Shown here: positions 54,667 through 64,000 of the stretch, piece after piece | Numbering within the stretch: position 1 is the stretch's first letter | Layout of the letters: each line of letters opens with the position of its first letter | Assembly (NCBI GenBank): GCA_043737915.1 | Contig: JAYSZT010000001.1 | Location: forward strand, 5,289-69,288 | Length of the DNA stretch: 64,000 nt | DNA from: Acidobacteriota bacterium | Lineage (GTDB): Bacteria > Acidobacteriota > Blastocatellia > Pyrinomonadales > Pyrinomonadaceae | Reading direction: 5' to 3' | Notes under the pieces: model-generated | What the model saw: the letters and a program-made list of their open reading frames with translations, nothing else | Told to the model about the DNA's origin: nothing | The model's database searches: none | Translations under genes and position numbers: made by a program

Positions 54667-57600
54667 ATGGCAGATACTGACGAAAACCTTTCGAAAAAAC
54701 CTACGATAACCGGTCTTGCCCGACGACTCGGTAAACTCTCGCCCGATAAAAAGCGTGCGGCCCTCGAAATAAGTGCGGCGCTCGCCGGCGTGTCTTTGCG
54801 GGTTAGCCGCGAGTTCGTCGAAGCTGTACCGAAAGCGGCGAAGATCCTTTCAGCGGATGATTTGCGGCAATGGGGCGAAATGGGTCGGCGGCTCGCGATG
54901 GGCAATGTCGAAACGGGCACTCAGTTTTTTGCGGACGGAGTGGAGGGATTAAAAAACGTCCCTGAGGCTGCCCGAAGTTTCATGTTTCAGGCCTGCACGC
55001 GACAACTCGTACTGTCGAGTTCGATCTCTCTCGAGACATTCAAGCTCATTCCGGGTCTCGCGCGAGACGTCGCCGACGATGAGCTTTTGACCAGCATTCT
55101 CGGCCTCGCCGTCGAGATCGCTCAGCGTTCGGCAAAGCATAGCGCCGAGTTTCTTCAGCGGACGCCTGAGGTCGCGGCTATTTTAGCCAAATATGGAAAC
55201 GACAAACCGGCCGTTTCAGAATCGATATTAAAGCTCGCCTCGCAATTTGCCGATCGTACGGGCGGGATGACGGCGGATCTATGGGCGAACCTGCCGGAGG
55301 CGATAGAGAAAATAACCGCACGGGACGCCGTAATTTTGATGGAACGCTCGGGCGAATTCCTCGAATTTGGCGGCAGCGTCACACTTCATTTCGTATCGGC
55401 GGGAAGCACCGTGTTAGCGGCCGGTGGGGATACTTTCGAAGATTGGTGCGATTTGGCAAAGATCATTGCCCGTCACGGAAATGCCGTCCTGATCTCATTC
55501 CTAAGAGCAACGCCCAAATTCTTCGGCCAAGCGAAGACGAACAAAAAAGCCGGAAATGGCGACGCGATCCGCCGCATTCTCCAATTGACCGCCAAGATCG
55601 CCGAGACTGACGCCGAAAGTGCCCTCGCCGCCTTCAAATCTAGCTCCGGTGCCCTGAAAACGGTGTCGATCGAGCAATTTGAAGAATGGGTCGAGACCGG
55701 CATCCGCGAACGTGCGGACGATTCGACGAAGGTACGCCGCAGCTATTTCGCGTTAGAAACACGTGAATCGAACGCAAAGCTGCAAAAAACACGTCAAGGC
55801 CTGGCGCTCGAACGCATCCAGGGCGTTTTGCGAATGTATATCGAGGCATTGACGGGAAAAGAGATAGAGGTAGCACCCATCACCGCGATGCCGCAGGAAT
55901 CGCGGATCGGTGACGGCAAAACGATCTTTCTACCTGCGACCGTCGCCGAATTTGAAGACGACGAGATGGATTTTCGCCTCTACAAAGTCCTCGCCGCCCA
56001 CGGTGCGGGGCAGATCGAATTCGGCACCTTTGAGCAGGACACGAACGGCCTGAAAGCCGCCTTCGCCGACCTCTCTGATCTCTATTCCGCGACCGCCGAC
56101 CAACTCGACGCCTTCTCGCTCGCCGGATATATCGAGGACGTTCAAACCGGCGAAAAAGCTTTGTCAGAAAGGGAGTTAAGCGAACAGACCAAAGCTAAAA
56201 AACTCCCAAAAAACTCAGATTATCGAGCGGTTATCACGGCGTTCCCAGAGCCGAGACTCGCTCGAAAGGTCTTCTCGACGATGGAGAATGCCCGCATCGA
56301 CAATCGGCTTCGACACGCGTATCGCGGCCTGCGAAAAGACCTCGATCTGATGAAGTCGCACTTGGGAGCGAACCGCCCGTACATATTCGACCTGCCGATG
56401 TATCAAGTGCCGTTCGAATTGCTGTTTCAGATCACGCTCTGCGGCGGAGCGACCGACGACGCAAAAAAATTTTACGGGCAGATTGTCAGCGAGATCGAAA
56501 CCGTCGTCGAAAAATACCTGGCGATGACTGATGCGACCGTCGCCGATTCGCTCATGGCGACCAGTCGCGTTTACAACCTTTTTCAGAACATCACGCCTGA
56601 GCAAACGCAGGAGGCCGAGACCGATAACACCGAGGACAAGAGCGAATTTGCCTACGACGACAAAGACGCCGCCGAGGCCGTGACCGAGGACAAGGTAAAA
56701 CGTGAACGCCAAAAGAACGCCGAGGACATCCGCGACCTATTCAACGCCTGGAACAGTCTCGACGACGAAGGCGAGCCCGACGACCTGCAGGGTGCCGAGG
56801 CGTGGTCGCAGAGCGAAATGCCCGAGCAGCCGCTTGAGGCCGACGACGTTGCCTTTGCGTACGACGAGTGGGATCGCGATCTCAACGATTACCGCGTCGG
56901 CTGGAGCCGCGTCATCGAGAAAAAGATCAAACAGGGCGACCGCACGTTCGTCGAGATCGCCCGTTCGCGATATCGCGGCGTGATCTCTTCCATTCGCCAT
57001 CAATTCCAACTGATGAAGCCTGAAAACCTGACCCGCGTCAACCGCGAGCTTGACGGCGAGGACTACGACCTGAACGCGCTAGTCGATTTCGTCGTCGACC
57101 GCAAAGCCGATGGCCAGCCATCCGAGAATATCTACACCAAAAAGCTTCGCCGCCAGCGTGATGTCGCGGTCTCGATTTTGCTCGACCAGTCGTCGTCGAC
57201 CGCACGCACGATCACGCGAAATCCGCTGCAGCCTTACACTCACCCCGGCCGCCGGATCATCGAGATCGAAAAAGAAGGCCTTGTTTTAATGAGCGAAGCT
57301 CTCGAGGCCGTCGGCGATGTTTACTCGATCTATGGCTTCACAAGCGAAGGCCGTCGCAATGTTAAGTTTTACATCGTCAAGGATTTTGCGGAGAAGTATT
57401 CAGCCGATATCGAACGCCGCATCGGCGGGATCACTTTCCAAAACAACACGCGTCTCGGCGCCGCCATCCGCCACGCTGCCGCGAAATTGTTAAAACAAGA
57501 AGCACGCACCAAACTGCTCATTATCCTCACCGACGGTCGCCCCTACGATCACGATTACGGTGACGCCCGCTACGCCCGCGAGGACGTCCGCGAAGCCCTG

Positions 57601-57765
57601 ACCGAGGCAAAAACGACCGGCATAACGCCGTTCTGCATCACCATCGACCGCGAATCCGAGGCCGAACTAAAAGACCTCTACGGCAACGTCGGCTACACCA
57701 TCATCGACGACGTCCTCAGCCTGCCCGAGCGAATGCCGAATATTTATCGGAGATTGACGAGTTAG
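54667..57765 (+). CDS. NorD/CbbO-like von Willebrand factor A (vWA) protein, 1032 aa
   Basis: The C-terminal vWA domain has a MIDAS motif ([12 protein letters not shown] = DxSxS; ILTDGRPYD). The upstream region contains the NorD/CbbO-type segment [20 protein letters not shown], and the N-terminus is long and helical. There is no signal peptide. Confidence 0.7.
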   Translation: MADTDENLSKKPTITGLARRLGKLSPDKKRAALEISAALAGVSLRVSREFVEAVPKAAKILSADDLRQWGEMGRRLAMGNVETGTQFFADGVEGLKNVPEAARSFMFQACTRQLVLSSSISLETFKLIPGLARDVADDELLTSILGLAVEIAQRSAKHSAEFLQRTPEVAAILAKYGNDKPAVSESILKLASQFADRTGGMTADLWANLPEAIEKITARDAVILMERSGEFLEFGGSVTLHFVSAGSTVLAAGGDTFEDWCDLAKIIARHGNAVLISFLRATPKFFGQAKTNKKAGNGDAIRRILQLTAKIAETDAESALAAFKSSSGALKTVSIEQFEEWVETGIRERADDSTKVRRSYFALETRESNAKLQKTRQGLALERIQGVLRMYIEALTGKEIEVAPITAMPQESRIGDGKTIFLPATVAEFEDDEMDFRLYKVLAAHGAGQIEFGTFEQDTNGLKAAFADLSDLYSATADQLDAFSLAGYIEDVQTGEKALSERELSEQTKAKKLPKNSDYRAVITAFPEPRLARKVFSTMENARIDNRLRHAYRGLRKDLDLMKSHLGANRPYIFDLPMYQVPFELLFQITLCGGATDDAKKFYGQIVSEIETVVEKYLAMTDATVADSLMATSRVYNLFQNITPEQTQEAETDNTEDKSEFAYDDKDAAEAVTEDKVKRERQKNAEDIRDLFNAWNSLDDEGEPDDLQGAEAWSQSEMPEQPLEADDVAFAYDEWDRDLNDYRVGWSRVIEKKIKQGDRTFVEIARSRYRGVISSIRHQFQLMKPENLTRVNRELDGEDYDLNALVDFVVDRKADGQPSENIYTKKLRRQRDVAVSILLDQSSSTARTITRNPLQPYTHPGRRIIEIEKEGLVLMSEALEAVGDVYSIYGFTSEGRRNVKFYIVKDFAEKYSADIERRIGGITFQNNTRLGAAIRHAAAKLLKQEARTKLLIILTDGRPYDHDYGDARYAREDVREALTEAKTTGITPFCITIDRESEAELKDLYGNVGYTIIDDVLSLPERMPNIYRRLTS

Positions 57766-57769
57766 TGCA

Positions 57770-58438
57770 ATGGGAATGACAAGTTATAAATCAGAGACAG
57801 TTTTCCTCTTCGACGTCGATAATACTCTGCTCGACAATGACAGTGTGACGGCTGATCTTCGGTCGTTTCTTGAGACTGAGGTTGGTAAGGATCGGAGCGA
57901 TCATTACTGGGAAATATTTGAAAAACTCCGAAATGAACTCGGTTATGCGGACTATCTCGGAGCGTTGCAGCGGTACCGGATCGAGAATCCGTATGACTCG
58001 CACCTTTTGTCGATGTCGACTTTTCTCATAAATTATCCGTTCGCCAACCGCATTTTTCCGCAATCGCTGGACGTCATCAAACATTGCAAAAAAATGGGAA
58101 AGGTCGTGATACTGACCGACGGCGACGTCGTTTTTCAGCCGCGAAAGATCGAGCGTTCCGGCCTGTTCGAGGCCGTCGGCGGCAATATTCTGATCTACGT
58201 CCACAAAGAACACGAATTGGCCGACGTCGAGCGTCGCTATCCGGCCGATAAATACGTTCTGGTTGATGACAAAGTGCGGATCTTAACGGCGATCAAACAA
58301 ATTTGGGGCGACCGAGTTACAACAGTTTTCCCGCGTCAGGGCCACTACGCCCTCGACACCGAGCAGGTCGCCAAATATCCCGCCGCCGACATCACCATCG
58401 AACGCATCGGCGATCTGCTTGATATCGCTTCGTTCTAA
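57770..58438 (+). CDS. HAD-superfamily hydrolase
   Basis: Motif I is FLFDVDNTLL (DxDxT) and a later motif is VLVDDK. It starts 4 nt after the vWA gene stop. Confidence 0.75.
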   Translation: MGMTSYKSETVFLFDVDNTLLDNDSVTADLRSFLETEVGKDRSDHYWEIFEKLRNELGYADYLGALQRYRIENPYDSHLLSMSTFLINYPFANRIFPQSLDVIKHCKKMGKVVILTDGDVVFQPRKIERSGLFEAVGGNILIYVHKEHELADVERRYPADKYVLVDDKVRILTAIKQIWGDRVTTVFPRQGHYALDTEQVAKYPAADITIERIGDLLDIASF

Positions 58439-58455
58439 CTTAGCTAAGATTTGGG

Positions 58456-58495
58456 AACAGCTGACAGCCTTTAGCTAATAGCTATCAGCTGTTTT
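58456..58495 (+). terminator. Rho-independent terminator after the HAD gene
   Basis: The stem aacagctga(c)agc (58456-68) pairs with gct(a)tcagctgtt (58481-93), followed by tttt. The 9-bp perfect core is AACAGCTGA/TCAGCTGTT. Confidence 0.7.
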
Positions 58496-58562
58496 CAGAC
58501 CAGCTCGCTATTCCCAACAATTGGCGGCCCCATCGTTATTCTGATAACCTCAGAGGTTTAAT

Positions 58563-60458
<1,896 letters not shown>

Positions 60459-60521
60459 TTGCACCGAATCTAGCCAAAGAACTTGGTTCGGTAAGATCGA
60501 ACAGAAAAGGAAATAAAGAGT

Positions 60522-61409
60522 ATGGCGGATCAAAATCTCGGCGGCACATTTACGTTGCCCGATAGTTCTATAACGCTAAATAGAATGGGATACGGAGCGA
60601 TGCAGCTCGCCGGACCAGGTGTTTTCGGACCGCCTCGTGATGAAGATGCCGCCATCGCAGTTCTTCGCGAAGCTATCGCCTCGGGCTTGAACCATATAGA
60701 CACGAGTGATTATTACGGGCCGTACATCACAAACCAAATAATAAAAAAGGCTCTTTATCCTTATCCCGCGAATCTGACGATCGTCACAAAGCTCGGCGCG
60801 AAACGCGGAGATGACGCGTCGTGGATCATGACCCGTACGAAAGACGACCTTATCTCCGGCGTCCACGATAATCTACGAAATCTCGGGCTCGAGGCTCTCG
60901 ACGTGGTTAATCTCCGAGTCGGCAATCATTTAGGGCCATTTGAAGAGCCGATCGAGGAACCGTTAGCCGTCCTCGCTGAACTAAAAGAGCAAGGCCTGAT
61001 CCGTCATATCGGCCTCAGCAACGTCACCCCGAAGCAATATTCCGATTCGCTTTCGATCACGCCGATTGTCTGCGTGCAAAATTTTTACAACGTGGCTCAT
61101 CGTTGCGACGACCAGTTTATCGACGATTTACTAAAAGATGGCGTTGCGTATGTTCCATTCTTTCCGCTAGGTGGATTCACGCCGCTGCAATCGTCAACGC
61201 TCGACGTCGCGTCCGCATCCCTCAGCGCAACACCGATGCAGGTTGCACTTGCTTGGCTGCTGCAACGCTCACCGAATATACTTTCGATCCCTGGAACTTC
61301 TTCGGTCGGACATCTTCGCGAAAACCTCGCAGCCGCGGCACTGGAACTGCCACCGGAAACGGTCGGCGCACTGAACTCGATCGCCGGTGTCACCGCCGGA
61401 CAGATCTAA
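60522..61409 (+). CDS. Aldo/keto reductase
   Basis: The sequence contains NRMGYGAMQLAGPG, NHIDTSDYYGP, LIRHIGLSN and VQNFYNV. Confidence 0.88.
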   Translation: MADQNLGGTFTLPDSSITLNRMGYGAMQLAGPGVFGPPRDEDAAIAVLREAIASGLNHIDTSDYYGPYITNQIIKKALYPYPANLTIVTKLGAKRGDDASWIMTRTKDDLISGVHDNLRNLGLEALDVVNLRVGNHLGPFEEPIEEPLAVLAELKEQGLIRHIGLSNVTPKQYSDSLSITPIVCVQNFYNVAHRCDDQFIDDLLKDGVAYVPFFPLGGFTPLQSSTLDVASASLSATPMQVALAWLLQRSPNILSIPGTSSVGHLRENLAAAALELPPETVGALNSIAGVTAGQI

Positions 61410-61458
61410 TTCACAAACTTTATTCGCGACGGACCTCGCTCACGCTCGATCATATGCT

Positions 61459-62325
61459 CTATTCGCTTTCGAGTATCTTTTTCGCTTCGAGCAGATCGGC
61501 TTTTTGGGCTTCCGATACGACCGGATATTTTAGATCGAGCGACTCCATTTTTTGAACAATGATCTCGGATACGGCGAGACGGGTGAACCATTTCTTGTCG
61601 GCGGGAATAATGTACCACGGGGCGTTTTCGGTCGAGGTCGCTTCCATTGCCTCTTTGTAAGCGTTCATATAGTCGTCCCACAGAGCTCGTTCCTTTGAAT
61701 CGCCGGCATTGAATTTCCAATTTTTTTCGGGCTGTTCGATGCGTTCAAGAAATCGTTTTTTCTGCTCGTCCCTCGATACGTTAAGAAAAAACTTCAAGAT
61801 GTGAGTGCCGTTTTCGGTGAGCATTTGCTCCCAATCCCTGATGTGCTTAAATCGGGTCTTCCAGATATTTTTGTCATTCTTTGTACTATCAGGCAGCAAT
61901 GAACCCTGAATAATTCCCGGATGGATACGCACCACCAGAACCTCTTCGTAATGTGACCGGTTAAAAATTCCGATGCGCCCGCGTTCCGGCAATGCCTTTT
62001 GATGACGCCAGAGATAATCATGTTCAAGCTCCTCGGATGACGGTTGTTTGAACGAAGTGACCTGACATCCCTGCGGATTTATCCCGCTCATAACATGTTT
62101 TATTAAGCTGTCCTTACCAGCGGCGTCCATCGCTTGAATAATTATGAGTAATGAGTGAACATTCTCGGCGTAGAGTGTGTCCTGAAGTTTGGTCAGCTTT
62201 TCAATGTTGATTACAAGATCGCTCGCCGCCACTTTTTTGTCCTTGTAGTCGCCCGTAAAATCAGTCGGATGCTTCTTGAGATCAACTTTGGAACCTTCGC
62301 CAACGCGGAATTTTTCAGTTTTCAT
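61459..62325 (-). CDS. ppk2: Polyphosphate kinase 2 family (polyphosphate:nucleotide phosphotransferase)
   Basis: The sequence contains LLIIIQAMDAAGKDS (Walker A-like), IGIFNRSHYEEVLVVRIHP, RFLERIEQPEKNWKF and APWYIIPADKKW. I favour the ATG at 62325 (MKTEKFRV...). Confidence 0.88.
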   Translation of the reverse strand: MKTEKFRVGEGSKVDLKKHPTDFTGDYKDKKVAASDLVINIEKLTKLQDTLYAENVHSLLIIIQAMDAAGKDSLIKHVMSGINPQGCQVTSFKQPSSEELEHDYLWRHQKALPERGRIGIFNRSHYEEVLVVRIHPGIIQGSLLPDSTKNDKNIWKTRFKHIRDWEQMLTENGTHILKFFLNVSRDEQKKRFLERIEQPEKNWKFNAGDSKERALWDDYMNAYKEAMEATSTENAPWYIIPADKKWFTRLAVSEIIVQKMESLDLKYPVVSEAQKADLLEAKKILESE

Positions 62326-62348
62326 AATTAAGCGAAAGATTAACACAA

Positions 62349-63698
62349 ATGTACACAGACTTATTAAAGCTCCTAGTTTTTTCAACCTTCATATGTTTCG
62401 TCTTTGCAGGCCTTAGCCTCGCCCAGCCGAAGCTTGTAGCGAATAAGATCACGCTCAAAAACGGAAAGTCCTTTAGTCTGAATCTCGCCTCCGATTACGA
62501 AATTATCCCGGCCCTCGAGGGCCTAAAACGCGTCCGCTTTTTTGCAAAAGCTCCGGACGGACGGATATTCGTCACCGATATGTACAATCTGGCGGACGGT
62601 TCGCTCGGAACGGTCTATATTTTGGATGGATGGAACGGCAGGACCGGTAAATTCACCCGTGCTTTGCCATACATGACGAATTTACGGAATCCGAACAGTG
62701 TTCAGTTTTACAAAGATTCGAGCGGTCAGGATTGGATTTACTTGGCCGAGACAGATAAGCTCACGCGTCGAAAGTTTACTAACGGCGAGACGAAGCCGAC
62801 CGATACTAAACCGCAGACACTTGCGACGTTCCCTGATTACGGCCTGAGCTATAAGTACGGCGGTTGGCACCTGACGCGAACCATCGCCTTCTCGCCCGGC
62901 GGGAAGCTTTACGTTTCCGTTGGGTCGAGCTGCAATTCATGCGTTGAAAAAGAGAAAATTCGGGCGAGCATCGTTGAGATGAATCCTGATGGAAGCGATC
63001 AACGCGAGTTTGCGAAAGGCTTGCGAAATGCTGTCGGAATGCGTGCCATCGGCAATTCCGTATTCGCTACAAATCAGGGCAGCGACCATCTCGGGCTGCA
63101 AAAACCTGACGAAACCTTCTATGCTCTGAAGGAAGGTGCGGATTACGGCTGGCCATACTGCCACTCGTCGAACGGCAAGGTTTTCGCGGATCCGAAGATC
63201 AAGCGTCCGTCTGCCTGTACAAACGTTACCGCTCCGTACGGATTCTTCCCCGCACGTGCATCAGCTCTTGGCTTTGATTATTTTGACGATGCCGATTCGG
63301 ATCCAGTGATAAAAGATTCGTTTCTCGTCTCGCTCCACGGTTCTACGAATAAGGCGATCGGCCACGGCTACAAGGTCGTGATCATGCGCAAAGGTGAGAA
63401 ACTACAAGACTTTATGAACGGCTTTCTTCAGGGCTCGAAAGTCTGGGGACGACCGTGCGACATCATGAAGCTCGACGCCAATTCGTTTCTGCTGACCGAC
63501 GATTTCTCCGGCGTTGTTTATTTGATCCGAAAAAAGGGAACGACGACTGAGATCGCTGAAAAGGTTCCGGTTGCAAATGACCCCATCGCTCGTGTAACTG
63601 AGTCAGAACCGCTGTCAGCGGGACCAACGTCGAAACCGAAAGCTTGCCTCTCAGTCGTTATCGTTCTCGCCGGGGCACTCCTTCGCTCACTGGTATAA
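62349..63698 (+). CDS. Secreted beta-propeller, PQQ-dependent sugar (sorbosone) dehydrogenase-like
   Basis: It has a signal peptide and the motifs GLRNAVGM, GADYGWPYCH and FLLTDDFSGVVYLI. A C-terminal hydrophobic tail is present (CLSVVIVLAGALLRSLV). Confidence 0.6.
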   Translation: MYTDLLKLLVFSTFICFVFAGLSLAQPKLVANKITLKNGKSFSLNLASDYEIIPALEGLKRVRFFAKAPDGRIFVTDMYNLADGSLGTVYILDGWNGRTGKFTRALPYMTNLRNPNSVQFYKDSSGQDWIYLAETDKLTRRKFTNGETKPTDTKPQTLATFPDYGLSYKYGGWHLTRTIAFSPGGKLYVSVGSSCNSCVEKEKIRASIVEMNPDGSDQREFAKGLRNAVGMRAIGNSVFATNQGSDHLGLQKPDETFYALKEGADYGWPYCHSSNGKVFADPKIKRPSACTNVTAPYGFFPARASALGFDYFDDADSDPVIKDSFLVSLHGSTNKAIGHGYKVVIMRKGEKLQDFMNGFLQGSKVWGRPCDIMKLDANSFLLTDDFSGVVYLIRKKGTTTEIAEKVPVANDPIARVTESEPLSAGPTSKPKACLSVVIVLAGALLRSLV

Positions 63699-63750
63699 CT
63701 TAGTCGTGATGACATCTGCGTGATACGATGTAGGTTCGGAATTAGATCGT

Positions 63751-64000
63751 ATGAACATCGGTATCACGGTTTATCCAACTTATGGCGGCAGCGGAATTGT
63801 CGGTTCTGAACTTGGACTCGAACTCGCTGAACGCGGCCATAACGTGCATTTTATCTCATCCATAATGCCGATGCGCCTGACCGAAAATCACGAGCGTATT
63901 CATTTTCACGAGGTCGAGATGATGTCGTATCCGCTGTTTGAACATCAACCGTACGACCTTGCTCTCGCGACCAAAATGGCCACTGTCGCTCGTGCCGAGA
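63751..64000 (+). CDS. bshA: N-acetyl-alpha-D-glucosaminyl L-malate synthase (bacillithiol biosynthesis glycosyltransferase), N-terminal fragment
   Basis: My own translation from the ATG at 63751 is MNIGITVYPTYGGSGIVGSELGLELAERGHNVHFISSIMPMRLTENHERIHFHEVEMMSYPLFEHQPYDLALATKMATVARAE. It closely follows the BshA N-terminal pattern (ITCYPxxGGSGxVxTELGxxLAxRGHxxHFI...YPPYDLALAxKMAxV). It is truncated by the window end. Confidence 0.75.
   Translation, partial: MNIGITVYPTYGGSGIVGSELGLELAERGHNVHFISSIMPMRLTENHERIHFHEVEMMSYPLFEHQPYDLALATKMATVARAE

Overview
This is 64 kb of chromosomal DNA from a diderm bacterium (BamA, Skp, FabZ and LpxA are present) that looks moderately GC-rich by eye. The gene content (bshA, PPK2, a long TPR-Slt, CusF-SCO1) and the word-like intergenic repeats suggest an Acidobacteriota-like soil organism. 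That attribution is an unverified guess, because all calls rest on my reading of the supplied translations and the DNA, with no database search. Most of the window is core metabolism and envelope biogenesis. It holds an elongasome operon (mreB-mreC-mreD-mrdA-rodA followed by a class A PBP), pta, clpC, two lytic transglycosylases, folD, coaE, a seven-gene Opp/Dpp-type peptide ABC importer, sdhCAB with a divergent LysR regulator, bamA-skp-fabZ-lpxA, a complete enterobacterial-order his operon (hisGDCBHAF-IE), an ABC-F ATPase, an aldo/keto reductase, PPK2 and the start of bshA. I saw no rRNA, tRNA, CRISPR array, transposase, integrase or phage genes. Five things deserve a second look. (1) A four-gene locus at 28.8-34.9 kb places an RsbW-type kinase and a STAS protein between a PocR-GAF-GGDEF cyclase and a GAF-HD-GYP phosphodiesterase. 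The kinase is fused to a large NTPase-like module with a degenerate Walker A, and the locus has no sigma factor or PP2C phosphatase. (2) A 22-codon His-rich leader ORF (MLATALHIHHLHHHAHTNSRVN) with terminator and antiterminator potential lies upstream of hisG. (3) An operon at 52.9-58.4 kb encodes a Cys4 mini-protein, an FHA-TM-LAS-peptidase-like fusion, a 1032-aa NorD/CbbO-like vWA protein with no MoxR/CbbQ ATPase partner, and a HAD hydrolase. (4) A structured, terminator-ended noncoding unit sits directly upstream of bamA. (5) A vocabulary of short word-like repeats and one MITE-like inverted-repeat element occurs in intergenic spacers.
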